From NCBI GenBank assembly GCA_029933635.1, contig JAOZNS010000001.1:1-37884 (forward strand): 37,884 nucleotides of DNA, in the 5' to 3' direction. This document shows positions 10,405-19,412 of this stretch, one piece after another. How positions within the stretch are numbered: the stretch's first letter is position 1; every line of letters begins with the position of its first letter. Under the pieces are notes generated by a model. That model made no database searches, was not told the DNA's origin, and saw only the letters and a program-made list of their open reading frames with translations. Made by a program: the position numbers and the translations under genes. The stretch comes from Candidatus Zixiibacteriota bacterium. GTDB taxonomy: Bacteria > Zixibacteria > MSB-5A5 > SM1-73.

Positions 10405-10460
10405 CCTCTCCCCCTTTGTCCCCCTCTCCACTTTGTGGAGAGGGGGATGGGGGGTGAGGT
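10405..10460. repeat. Intergenic pyrimidine-arm/purine-arm hairpin element (copy A)
   Basis: CCTCTCCCCCTTTGTCCCCCTCTCCAC-TTT-GTGGAGAGGGGGATGGGGGGTGAGG. The core is a perfect 12-bp stem (10420-10431 pairing with 10435-10446). Confidence 0.75.
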
Positions 10461-10476
10461 AAACAAAGGAGGAGTC

Positions 10477-10752
10477 ATGACTCAGCCATCTGAAAGGATA
10501 CCGAATGTGAAGGTGACGGTAAAAAGCATCAAGGGGAAATGTGCCCTGGGACATCAGGTGGGAGAAGAATTTGTATTTAAAGGTGGAATAGCGCCTGGTG
10601 GTCTATGCACCGAAGGAATGTTGACCGTGATACCGGCTGCCAGAACTTTGATGTTTGGGGGAACTCACTTCTGGGAAGATGATCCGGACGCCATCTCGGT
10701 CTGCTGTCCAGATCCGGAAAATCTGGTGGTATTTGAGGTAAGACGAATTTAA
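10477..10752 (+). CDS. Small Cys-containing protein resembling the TIGR04076 family (function unknown)
   Basis: ATG 10477 is preceded by AAGGAGG. 'VKSIKGKCALGHQVGEEF..GGLCTEG..SVCCPDPEN' matches my recollection of TIGR04076. The track start at 10435 lies inside a repeat element. Confidence 0.6.
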   Translation: MTQPSERIPNVKVTVKSIKGKCALGHQVGEEFVFKGGIAPGGLCTEGMLTVIPAARTLMFGGTHFWEDDPDAISVCCPDPENLVVFEVRRI

Positions 10753-10857
10753 CACCATCATCTTGATTTGAAAGGTTGGGGTCATCGGACGAGGCTTCAA
10801 CCGACTGGTCAATAATGGTTTCCTCCCGTCAAGGGATAAAAGATTCAGCTTAAAGCT

Positions 10858-11694
10858 ATGAACCACGCACTTGGTATATTTGTAAAGCTCCAGAATATAG
10901 ATCGCCGATATATCTTTCTTTTCATCGGAATGGCAGCATTTTTGCCCTTGATATTCCCTTTAGGACTTCCTTTGGGAGTTACCCCTTCTTCTCTGAATCT
11001 CTTTAATGCGGTGGATAGCCTCAAGGAGGGATCGGTGGTGATGCTCACCTTTGATTACTATCCTTCCACCTTGCCGGAGACCGAGCCGATGTCATATGCG
11101 GTCCTAAGACATCTTTTCCGAAAAAATATTCGGGTGATCACCCTAACCACCATTCCCTTAGGCGCTTTGTCGGTGATGGAGGAGGTGGTCAAAAATGTGG
11201 CTCGCGAATATAAGAAAGAATACGGAAGCGATTATGTAAACTTGGGTTACAAATATGGCTATGTGGCGGTGATGCTGGGCCTGGGGAGGAAGATCTCGGA
11301 TATCTTCCCTAAGGATAATTATGATAACAAATTGGAGGATCTCCCTTTGATGCGCGAGGTCAAAAACTATGATGACATCGATTTTATCTTCATAGTTTCT
11401 GACAATGCCACTGTGGATTACTGGGTCTCCTTGGTGAATGCCCAATTTGGCATACCCATGGGAGCAGGAGTCACTGCAGTTATGGCGCCCAAATGCTATT
11501 CTTTTTTGCAAACAGGACAGATGGTCGGTCTTTTGGGCGGGATGAAGGGCGCAGCCGAATACGAGAAACTGAGCAGAAATCCCGGAAGAGCCACCAGAGG
11601 AATGGACCCCCAATCCATCATCCACCTCCTTATCATTGTTTTTATAACATTGGGCAATGTGGGATATTTTGTGAGCAAACGAATGAAAATTTAA
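10858..11694 (+). CDS. Hypothetical membrane-anchored protein (N- and C-terminal TM helices), probable distant paralog of the distal domain of 6730-7932
   Basis: 278-aa ORF showing colinear by-eye similarity to 6730-7932 (see findings). Confidence 0.6.
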   Translation: MNHALGIFVKLQNIDRRYIFLFIGMAAFLPLIFPLGLPLGVTPSSLNLFNAVDSLKEGSVVMLTFDYYPSTLPETEPMSYAVLRHLFRKNIRVITLTTIPLGALSVMEEVVKNVAREYKKEYGSDYVNLGYKYGYVAVMLGLGRKISDIFPKDNYDNKLEDLPLMREVKNYDDIDFIFIVSDNATVDYWVSLVNAQFGIPMGAGVTAVMAPKCYSFLQTGQMVGLLGGMKGAAEYEKLSRNPGRATRGMDPQSIIHLLIIVFITLGNVGYFVSKRMKI

Positions 11695-11730
11695 ACTTGG
11701 AGGGTTGAAAAACCTGAAACTGAATTAAGA

Positions 11731-11790
11731 CCTCTCGCACTTTTGTCCTCCTCTCTATAAAAATGAAGAGGGGGACTAAGGGAGAAAGGT
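11731..11790. repeat. Intergenic hairpin element (copy B)
   Basis: CCTCTCGCACTTTTGTCCTCCTCTC...GAAGAGGGGGACTAAGGGAGAAAGG. The arm sequence is related to copy A. Confidence 0.6.
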
Positions 11791-11850
11791 AAGAACGGCT
11801 TTAATTTTGTATTGCAATTTTAAACCTCGCTCTTTGAATTTAACTACGGT

Positions 11851-12456
11851 ATGAACCCAGAATTCATCGGAATCACCATCGCCGCTCTTTTGACCCTGTG
11901 CATCTACAGCTTTTTGTATAAAGATAATCCCTTTTACAAATTCGCCGAGCACATCTTTGCTGGACTTTCTGCAGGATACTATGTGGGACTGGTCTGGCAT
12001 TCCATCATAAAGCAACAGCTTATAGGTCCACTTTTTGAGGAACGCCAGCTTCTGTTCATCATTCCTGCCCTCCTCGGAGCATTGATGTTCACCAGGTTCA
12101 TTCCCAAGATCGCCTGGCTTTCTCGCATCTCCTTAGCCTTTGTGATGGGCAACACTGCGGGAATCTTTTTGATTCAGCAGTTGCATGGATTGGTGCTACC
12201 ACAGGTGAGAAACACCTTCACCGTAGCGTTAAATTTTTCCGGGGTGGTGATAATTGTTGGAGTCATCTCCACCTTAATCTATTTTTATTTCTCCAAAGAG
12301 CATAAAGGGATATTAGGGCTTACCGCTGGTCTGGGCATCTGGTTTATAATGATCTCGTTTGGAGCGTCATTTGGTTACACCGTAATGGCAAGAGTTTCCC
12401 TTCTTATCGGCAGAGCCCAATTTCTTCTTATCAACTGGCTACACTTGATAAAATAG
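11851..12456 (+). CDS. Hypothetical polytopic membrane protein (~6 TM)
   Basis: 201-aa ORF that is almost entirely hydrophobic. It sits downstream of 10858-11694, mirroring the position of 8131-8751. Confidence 0.55.
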   Translation: MNPEFIGITIAALLTLCIYSFLYKDNPFYKFAEHIFAGLSAGYYVGLVWHSIIKQQLIGPLFEERQLLFIIPALLGALMFTRFIPKIAWLSRISLAFVMGNTAGIFLIQQLHGLVLPQVRNTFTVALNFSGVVIIVGVISTLIYFYFSKEHKGILGLTAGLGIWFIMISFGASFGYTVMARVSLLIGRAQFLLINWLHLIK

Positions 12457-12481
12457 TCCCTCTCCCTGAAGGGGAAGGAGA
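12457..12481. repeat. Short, degenerate relative of the hairpin element (copy C)
   Basis: TCCCTCTCCC-TGAA-GGGGAAGGAGA lies immediately after the stop of 11851-12456. Pairing is imperfect. Confidence 0.4.
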
Positions 12482-12572
12482 ATGTCCCCTTATCTTCCTC
12501 GTTTTTCAAGCCGTAAGATTTTAGGGATACCATAAAACGTAATAAAAGCTTCGTATCAAAAGTGAAATTTCC

Positions 12573-12601
12573 TTGACATCATGCTGTGGGTAAGTTAAGA
12601 T
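12573..12601 (+). promoter_or_regulatory. Putative sigma70-type promoter of htpX
   Basis: TTGACA (12573-12578), 17-nt spacer, TAAGAT (12596-12601). GGAGGTG SD at 12608-12614 and ATG at 12620. Confidence 0.45.
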
Positions 12602-12619
12602 TATTCTGGAGGTGAGAAG

Positions 12620-13471
12620 ATGAACGCTCTGAAGACAGCCTTTCTTTTAACGTTGTTGACCCTGCTTTTCGTCTTTATCGGTCAACTGTTGGGAGGAAAT
12701 CAGGGTATGGTGGTGGCGCTTCTCTTTGCCGCCATGATGAACTTGGGCACCTACTGGTTTTCCGATAAGATAGTTTTGGGCATGTATCGAGCGCAACAGG
12801 TGGATGAGAAGACCAGCCCGCGGCTTTACAACATTGTCAGACGAGCAGCATCTTCAGCTCATCTTCCCATGCCCAAGGTGTATGTAATTCCCACTCAAAC
12901 TCCCAACGCCTTTGCCACCGGAAGAGGTCCCAAACACGCCGCTGTGGCAGTAACTCAGGGGATTATGAAGATTTTAGATGAGGAGGAGCTGGAGGGAGTG
13001 ATCTCTCATGAAATGGCTCATATAAAGAATCGGGATATCCTTACCGGATCCATTGTAGCCACCCTGGCGGGTGCCATCAGCATGTTAGCCTTCATGGCCC
13101 GGTGGGCGGCGATCTTCGGGGGTTATGGTGGAAGAGATGGTGAAGGTCGGGGTGGTGGGCTGAGTCTTTTGATAATGGCAATAGTGGCGCCTTTAGCCGC
13201 CCTCTTGATTCAGATGGCGATCTCCAGATCCAGGGAGTATGCAGCAGATGCCACCGGTGCAAAAAACAGTCACAAGCCGTTAGCTTTAGCAAACGCCTTG
13301 AAGAAGTTAGAATATGCGGCCAGAAGGATACCTCTGGAGGCAAAACCTTCCACGGCCCATCTTTTTATCGTAAATCCACTCTCCGGAAGAGGAATGGCCA
13401 GCCTGTTTTCCACTCATCCCCCCATTGAGGAACGAGTGGCAAGACTTCAGAGGATGGCAAGAGGAATTTGA
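12620..13471 (+). CDS. htpX: Zinc metalloprotease HtpX (peptidase M48)
   Basis: 283 aa with TM helices and the '[10 protein letters not shown]' zinc motif. The C-terminal '[10 protein letters not shown]' is typical of HtpX. Confidence 0.92.
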   Translation: MNALKTAFLLTLLTLLFVFIGQLLGGNQGMVVALLFAAMMNLGTYWFSDKIVLGMYRAQQVDEKTSPRLYNIVRRAASSAHLPMPKVYVIPTQTPNAFATGRGPKHAAVAVTQGIMKILDEEELEGVISHEMAHIKNRDILTGSIVATLAGAISMLAFMARWAAIFGGYGGRDGEGRGGGLSLLIMAIVAPLAALLIQMAISRSREYAADATGAKNSHKPLALANALKKLEYAARRIPLEAKPSTAHLFIVNPLSGRGMASLFSTHPPIEERVARLQRMARGI

Positions 13472-13562
13472 AAAGGAAAAAAATGATGTGGTGGGGATAA
13501 TTTCCTTGGTTTTGGGATCCTCATCGCATTTTTTATTTTAACAGGGGGGGAGAGATCCCTGT

Positions 13563-14867
13563 ATGGGAAGTAGCTGGATCGAGATACTGATAATCCTGCT
13601 TCTGATTTTGGCTAATGGCTTTTTTGCCTCATCCGAAATCGCCTTAATTTCCGTCAGAAGAAGTCGGATAAAACAACTCTCCGACAAAGGTAACAAAAAA
13701 GCCCAGCTGGTGAGCAGGCTCCAGAACAAGCCAGACGTGTTTTTAGCCACCATTCAGGTAGGAATCACCTTGGTGGGCACATTTGCATCGGTGGTGGGAG
13801 GAGCCAAGGTGGTCCACGATCTGAAACCGTGGATTGAAAAAATTCCATCCTCAGCCATTCGACAATCCAGTGAGTCGATTGCCATCGCAATCGTGGTGGT
13901 GATCATCACTTACCTGCTTTTGGTGCTGGGTGAGTTGGTTCCTAAATATTTAGCTTTGGCTTACCCGGAAAAGGTTGCCTTCAGAACCGTAGGACCGGTT
14001 CACCTCCTGTCCCGGGTGGCTTTCTTAATGGTCAAACTTCTCTCCAGCTCCAGCAGATTCTTAGTCTCCCGTTTTGTTAAAGGGTTGCCTAAGGAAAGTG
14101 GATTTATCACGGATGAAGAGTTGAAATTTATAGTGCGTGAGGGAAAAACCAAAGGGGTCTTTGATCAGACCGAGGAGGAGCTGATCCAGAGTGCACTGGA
14201 GTTCACCGATACCACCGTGCGAAATGCCATGACCCCACGAACAGAAATCGTAGCTCTGGATGTAAATGCCGGGCAACAGCAAATAATTCGTGCTATGACC
14301 GAGCAGGGATACTCCCGAATCCCCATATATAAAGGGAGCCTGGACAATATCGTTGGGATAATCTACGCCAAGGATATAATCAATCTGTTGCAAAACAGAG
14401 AGCTCATCATCCTGGAGGATATCCTCCGCAAGCCCTATTTTGTTCCAGATTCCATGAAGATATCTGACCTTTTAAAAAATTTTCAAAAAAAACGATTACA
14501 TATTGCTATTGTGCTGGACGAATTTGGTGGCACCGCCGGGCTCATCACATTGGAGGATATAATTGAGGAGATCGTAGGTGAGATCCGAGATGAGTATGAT
14601 CGGGAGGAAGAAGAGGAAATTTATTTGCTCTCCGATAACTTGGCTATCGTTAATGCCAGTCTGTTTATCGGGGAATTCAATCAAAAATTCAAAACCGAGC
14701 TTCCAGAAGAGTATAACACCGTTGGAGGTTATATTACCGGAACCCTGGGAAGGATTCCTCTTCTGGATGAGGAGATAAAAATTGGGGATCTCACCTTTGT
14801 GATCTTCGACAAGGTGGGACCCAGACTGAAGAAGATAAAAGTGGTCCGAGAAAGAAAAAGTGAGTAG
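13563..14867 (+). CDS. CNNM/hemolysin-family membrane protein (DUF21 + tandem CBS + CorC_HlyC)
   Basis: 434 aa. N-terminal 'LANGFFASSEIALISV' (DUF21), a CBS pair around 'VRNAMTPRTEIVAL', and 'GGTAGLITLEDIIEEIVGEIRDEYD'. Confidence 0.9.
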   Translation: MGSSWIEILIILLLILANGFFASSEIALISVRRSRIKQLSDKGNKKAQLVSRLQNKPDVFLATIQVGITLVGTFASVVGGAKVVHDLKPWIEKIPSSAIRQSSESIAIAIVVVIITYLLLVLGELVPKYLALAYPEKVAFRTVGPVHLLSRVAFLMVKLLSSSSRFLVSRFVKGLPKESGFITDEELKFIVREGKTKGVFDQTEEELIQSALEFTDTTVRNAMTPRTEIVALDVNAGQQQIIRAMTEQGYSRIPIYKGSLDNIVGIIYAKDIINLLQNRELIILEDILRKPYFVPDSMKISDLLKNFQKKRLHIAIVLDEFGGTAGLITLEDIIEEIVGEIRDEYDREEEEEIYLLSDNLAIVNASLFIGEFNQKFKTELPEEYNTVGGYITGTLGRIPLLDEEIKIGDLTFVIFDKVGPRLKKIKVVRERKSE

Positions 14868-14881
14868 AGTTCTTCTTTGAC

Positions 14882-14937
14882 ACCTTTCCCGCCATCCCAT
14901 TCTCCATAAAATAAAGAGGAGGAGATAGGGGAAAGGT
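14882..14937. repeat. Intergenic hairpin element (copy D)
   Basis: ACCTTTCCCGCCATCCCATTCTCC...AGGAGGAGATAGGGGAAAGGT. Confidence 0.6.
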
Positions 14938-14952
14938 TAAAAAATTTTCATC

Positions 14953-15588
14953 ATGTTCGAATCCCTGCTTGAGCCGATTGGAAGATGGATAATTGGCTTC
15001 ATCTCGGAGATAGGTTATGTGGGTATAATAATCACCATGGGAATTGAAAGTGCCTGTATCCCTCTTCCTTCGGAGATCATCATGCCCTTCTCCGGCTACT
15101 TGGTGTTCACCGGAAGATTCAGCCTTTGGGGCGTTTCCGTTGCTGGTGCCTTTGGCTGTGTGGTTGGATCGGTGGTTGCCTACTGGGTGGGAATTGGAGG
15201 AGGACGTCCCTTCATTCAAAAGTATGGGAGATACGTTCTGATCTCATCCAAAGACTTAGCTTTCGCTGATCGCTGGTTTGAAAGATACGGAGAGTGGGCT
15301 ATATTCTTCTCTCGCCTTCTGCCAGTGATAAGAACCTTCATCTCGCTTCCGGCAGGAATCGCCCGGATGAACTTTTTGAAATTTGTCATCTATACCTTCC
15401 TCGGCTCTTTGCCCTGGTGTTTTTTGTTAGCCTATGTGGGAAAGATATTGGGTGAAAACTGGATGAGCATAAGAGTCTATTTTCATCGGGCCGACATCTT
15501 CATCGGGATAATCATGGTCTTGGCAATAGCCTATTTTTTATATCGGCACTTAAAACCGGAGAAAAAAAACGGCTCTTCTCCCTTTTAG
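14953..15588 (+). CDS. DedA family membrane protein
   Basis: 211 aa. 'GIESACIPLPSEIIMPFSGYL' and 'FFSRLLPVIRTFISLPAGIARM' match DedA/SNARE-associated family signatures. Confidence 0.85.
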   Translation: MFESLLEPIGRWIIGFISEIGYVGIIITMGIESACIPLPSEIIMPFSGYLVFTGRFSLWGVSVAGAFGCVVGSVVAYWVGIGGGRPFIQKYGRYVLISSKDLAFADRWFERYGEWAIFFSRLLPVIRTFISLPAGIARMNFLKFVIYTFLGSLPWCFLLAYVGKILGENWMSIRVYFHRADIFIGIIMVLAIAYFLYRHLKPEKKNGSSPF

Positions 15589-15682
15589 TTGCTGGTCTTC
15601 TTCGCCTTCGTCTCCTTCTTTATAAACAGGTTTACTGCCATGAAAAAATCTTTTTTAGATTACAATTTTTCTCAAAAATTGA

Positions 15683-16594
15683 TTACTCCGTTTTAATCCC
15701 ATGTGCCGCAGATGCTTGCTTTGTCTTTCCCACCCCCTTTGCCCTGTTCTCCACGCACTTGACCACAAAATCTCCTACTGAGCATCCCAGATCCCGGGCA
15801 ATTATTTTGCATTTTACCATCAAAAGAAAATAAAGCTTTTTGCCTTTCACCTCGCGTAGGGTCTCATAGTTTCCATGACCTTTGGCGATCACCAGATCAG
15901 CCCGGTCAAAGAGATTCTTGAATTCCTCCGAGCAATCTTTCAGGATGGTCCCAGGAGCATCTGAGCCGCTGGAGATGACCTTCGCCACTTGATCCAAGCT
16001 GGCATAATAGGCATCTTCGGAGGTGGCGTCGTTAATCACCGGGAAGCCACGAACCCCGTAGTAAATGTCCTCAGGAGGCATCTGTTCGATCAGAATCTTA
16101 TCAAAAAAAGTTTCTCCAGCATTGTCTCCCAGATAGAGGATCATGGAGGCTTCTTTTGAATCTTCTCTCAAACTTTCGGTATCATCTATGGCAGGTTTTG
16201 TGGACAACGCCTGATCGATCGTCTTCATCAGTTCAAAATGATGACGAGGACCAAAATCGATGATGTTTCCCGCTATGGCCATCCTCACCGCATAAACAAA
16301 TGGATCAGACGAACCGTTTACCTTCTCTTTCAAAGAAGGGTAAAGTTTTTTAGCTACATGGTTGAATTCCCTTTTAAGCTTGAAGAAGGGATCATGATTG
16401 TTTAACACCTTACGGATCACCCGATGGGCCTCACGGCCCAGATAAGGTGGAGGATGATGATAAGACACGCCGCTTAAAGTCATAAGCACCTTTTGGATCA
16501 ATTCCTCCCGTTTTTCCTCATCTTGGGTGAGCTGATTTGTCACATCAATTGCCTGCTCAATAATGCAGGGGATACATTCCAGATAAGTTCGCAT
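15683..16594 (-). CDS. DUF89 / ARMT1-like metal-dependent (damage-control) phosphatase family protein
   Basis: 303 aa. N-terminal 'CIPCIIEQA', plus 'YLGDNAGETFFD' and 'IAKGHGNYETL', which match DUF89 signatures as I recall them. Confidence 0.75.
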   Translation of the reverse strand: MRTYLECIPCIIEQAIDVTNQLTQDEEKREELIQKVLMTLSGVSYHHPPPYLGREAHRVIRKVLNNHDPFFKLKREFNHVAKKLYPSLKEKVNGSSDPFVYAVRMAIAGNIIDFGPRHHFELMKTIDQALSTKPAIDDTESLREDSKEASMILYLGDNAGETFFDKILIEQMPPEDIYYGVRGFPVINDATSEDAYYASLDQVAKVISSGSDAPGTILKDCSEEFKNLFDRADLVIAKGHGNYETLREVKGKKLYFLLMVKCKIIARDLGCSVGDFVVKCVENRAKGVGKTKQASAAHGIKTE

Positions 16595-16652
16595 CGAATA
16601 ACTCCATTAAATGATAAAAAAGACAGAAAAAAAGATCATCACGCTCCACTTT

Positions 16653-17612
16653 TTAGGCGATGACGAAATATGATTCCGACTCTTTCTCAATTTTCACTCT
16701 TTTTATTTTTTTACTCTTCTCCAAAGCCTGAAGATATTTGACAATCTCGTTGGTATGAACGCCCAAAGCTTTTGCCATCTCCTCTTTTCTGGTTGGTCTT
16801 CTCCTTAAAAGTCCAATTATTGCCTCCTCTAAATCCCTTTGATATGCCCTGTTGGTCGCCCTATCAAAATCTAAAATTAGCTCCACCACCAGTTTTGGAT
16901 CGAAGATCGATTTGATCTCAAGAAGCTTCTTTTCATCCAGTGGTCTAACCGTGTATTCTCCTGGAGGTCTGATTACGGTGTTGAGCTGAATTTTGTCTAC
17001 GTTCAGCTCCTGCACAAATCGATTTATTCTCTTAATCTCCTCTTCAGAATCATTTATCCCTTTCACCAACATCATCTCCAGATAGATTTTTGCTTTGAAA
17101 TCTTGGCAGAAAACTTTTATCCCCTCCAGTATTTTTTCAATCCTGAGTTTTTCTTCGGGACGATTGACCTTATTAAATATCTCTTTAGAAACTGCATCCA
17201 CCGAAGGAACGACCAGATCTGCCCAAGATAAGTCTTCTCTAACCTTTTGGTCCCACAATAAGGATCCATTGGTCAAAACCGCCACTGGAATTTGAGCGAA
17301 GCTTTTAATCCTCCGGATCATCTCACCAAGGTCCCGGTTTAAGGTGGGCTCACCTGACCCAGAGAAGGTTATGTAATCAATATCGCTGTTTTGATCTATC
17401 GCCTCCCTTATCTCTTCTATCACCTGGTCAATAGGGACAAAAGATCTCCTCTGGATGGTTTGATTGGTGGTCCTTCCCAACTGGCAATAGATACAATCAT
17501 AACTGCAGGTCTTATAGGGGATAACATCCACTCCCAGGGAAATTCCCAATCTTCTGGAAGGGACTGGACCATACACTATCTTTTCTATGTCTTTATCTTT
17601 TGAACTCATCAC
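16653..17612 (-). CDS. Radical SAM protein (COG0731-like) with a C-terminal winged-helix-like segment
   Basis: CxxxCxxC motif 'CSYDCIYCQLG' after 'YGPVPSRRLGISLGV', plus 'TFSGSGEPTL'. The C-terminal 'RPTRKEEMAKALGVHTNEIVKYLQALEKSKKI' looks like an HTH. Confidence 0.85.
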   Translation of the reverse strand: MMSSKDKDIEKIVYGPVPSRRLGISLGVDVIPYKTCSYDCIYCQLGRTTNQTIQRRSFVPIDQVIEEIREAIDQNSDIDYITFSGSGEPTLNRDLGEMIRRIKSFAQIPVAVLTNGSLLWDQKVREDLSWADLVVPSVDAVSKEIFNKVNRPEEKLRIEKILEGIKVFCQDFKAKIYLEMMLVKGINDSEEEIKRINRFVQELNVDKIQLNTVIRPPGEYTVRPLDEKKLLEIKSIFDPKLVVELILDFDRATNRAYQRDLEEAIIGLLRRRPTRKEEMAKALGVHTNEIVKYLQALEKSKKIKRVKIEKESESYFVIA

Positions 17613-17655
17613 AAAAACAAAGTCCCATCAGGAACGATTCAGCAGCTGACCCTTT

Positions 17656-18534
17656 CTAACCTTTTGCAAGACGATGGATTTTGTTCCATATATCTTTAAG
17701 TTCCTCCACCAGATTTGAATTTGAATATTCCACCATGGTCTTGCCCTCCACCATAGCTTGGGTGAAGATGTTGTCGAAAGGGAGTTTTCCTACAATCTCA
17801 ATGTTCTCCTGACGACAGAATTTTTGAATCTTTTGGGTATTCTCTAAATTTATATCATACTTGTTAATCAAGACCACGGATCGAATCCTAAAATGCTGGG
17901 TCAAACTTAAAACCCGTTTCAAATCTGATATGGCGGAGACGGTGGGCTCGGTCACTATCACCACCAGATTTGTTCCAGTGATGGAGGCAATCACCGGACA
18001 GCCAATTCCAGGTGGTCCATCGACTAAGACTAACTCTAAATTGTTCTTCTGGGCAACCTCTCTGGCGTTTTTTCTTACCACGGTGACCAGCTTCCCTGAG
18101 TTTTCCTGAGCAATCCTTAACTTGGCATGAACCATAGGACCATACTTTGTCTGGGAAACGTACCATTCTCCAGAAATATTCTCCTTCATTTGTATGGCTT
18201 CAACCGGACAGATCAAAGCACAAACCTGACAACCCTCACAGGCAAGCGGGTCAATGGTTACTGGTTTAGGACCCCTATTCCCCTTGATGGCCTCGAATCT
18301 ACATGCCTCCAAACATTTACCACAGCAGGTGCACTTCTCTTCATTTAGCGTAGCCTTTTTACCTCCTATAAATGGCTGGCTCTCCTTTACGCAGGGATGA
18401 AGAAGGAGATGAAGATCTGCGGCATCCACATCGCAGTCTGCCATCACCTTATCTTTGGCTAAAACGGCAAAGGAGGCGGTGATCACCGTTTTGCCTGTTC
18501 CACCCTTTCCACTGATTACGGTTATCTGCTTCAT
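17656..18534 (-). CDS. MinD/ParA-superfamily P-loop ATPase with an inserted 2x[4Fe-4S] ferredoxin domain (COG1149-like)
   Basis: Deviant Walker A 'GKGGTGKT'. Cys clusters 'CTCCGKCLEAC' and 'CEGCQVCALICP'. The start overlaps the stop of the upstream paralog by 4 nt. Confidence 0.85.
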   Translation of the reverse strand: MKQITVISGKGGTGKTVITASFAVLAKDKVMADCDVDAADLHLLLHPCVKESQPFIGGKKATLNEEKCTCCGKCLEACRFEAIKGNRGPKPVTIDPLACEGCQVCALICPVEAIQMKENISGEWYVSQTKYGPMVHAKLRIAQENSGKLVTVVRKNAREVAQKNNLELVLVDGPPGIGCPVIASITGTNLVVIVTEPTVSAISDLKRVLSLTQHFRIRSVVLINKYDINLENTQKIQKFCRQENIEIVGKLPFDNIFTQAMVEGKTMVEYSNSNLVEELKDIWNKIHRLAKG

Positions 18535-19385
18535 CTACCCTTCACCTCATCTTCAATCCGACTCCACAATCTCCTAAAGATTTCTCGATAACGCCCTGCA
18601 TTGACCAACAGAGGAATTCCACGAGAATAAAGAAAGGCGATCTGCTCATCATAAGGTATCTGAGCCATTATGGGGACCCCCTTCTTTGCACAATATTCTT
18701 TTACCTTTTCATCGCCGATACCTGCACGGTTGATGAGCACACCATGTTTGATCACAAGCTTCTCCAAAAGTTCCACCGTTAGTTTCAAATCATGCAATCC
18801 GAAGGGGGTCGGTTCGGTCACCAGAAGGCAGAAATCGCTATGGTTAATTGCTTCGATAACCGGACAGGAGGTTCCAGGAGGAACATCAATGATGGTGATG
18901 CCATTTGGACCAGTGGTTTTCTTTACCGCCCGGATTACGGGTGTTGCCATGGGCTCACCCACATTGAGCCGACCTTGAACGAATTTAATTGAGCCTGACC
19001 TTCCCTCTTCCAACACCCCGATTTCTCTTTCCCTTTCACTTATTGCGTTCTCTGGACAGAGCAAACTACAACCTCCGCATCCATGGCAAAGCTCTGGAAA
19101 AGTCAGCACCTCTTTCTTTAAAACCACGATAGCATTGTAGGCACAGACCTTAGCACATTCGCCACAGAAATTACATTTCTTCAGGTCGACATTGGGAATA
19201 AGCAGGCTCACCGGTCGGGCTTTTTCGATCTTGGGTTTTAGAAAGATATAGGCATTTGGCTCCTCAACATCACAGTCCAGAAACTGAAGACCTTGCGATT
19301 TCTCACCTGATAAGAAAAGGGCAAGATTGGTGGCAACGGTGGTCTTGCCGGTTCCCCCTTTTCCACTGGCAATGGAGACGATCAT
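18531..19385 (-). CDS. MinD/ParA-superfamily P-loop ATPase with an inserted 2x[4Fe-4S] ferredoxin domain (paralog)
   Basis: 'SGKGGTGKTTV', 'CNFCGECAKVC' and 'CHGCGGCSLLCP'. Colinear with 17656-18534. Confidence 0.85.
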   Translation of the reverse strand: MIVSIASGKGGTGKTTVATNLALFLSGEKSQGLQFLDCDVEEPNAYIFLKPKIEKARPVSLLIPNVDLKKCNFCGECAKVCAYNAIVVLKKEVLTFPELCHGCGGCSLLCPENAISEREREIGVLEEGRSGSIKFVQGRLNVGEPMATPVIRAVKKTTGPNGITIIDVPPGTSCPVIEAINHSDFCLLVTEPTPFGLHDLKLTVELLEKLVIKHGVLINRAGIGDEKVKEYCAKKGVPIMAQIPYDEQIAFLYSRGIPLLVNAGRYREIFRRLWSRIEDEVKGR

Positions 19386-19412
19386 TGATAAACGTTTCCC
19401 GAAAATATATTT

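Noticed and set aside
10279-10554. Small ORFs encoding 'PLSPPLH..ERG'-type peptides (10279-10554, 10290-10478, 29146-29475, and the 10435 start of the TIGR04076-like ORF).
   Set aside because: They are translations of the intergenic hairpin repeat elements, not genes.
15589-15682. The strand switch, where + genes on the left converge on - genes on the right, as a possible replication terminus or dif site.
   Set aside because: I found no dif-like XerC/D dyad (no ...ATAA-N6-TTAT... core) in the 94-nt gap. One convergence point in 38 kb is weak evidence, and GC skew cannot be judged by eye.
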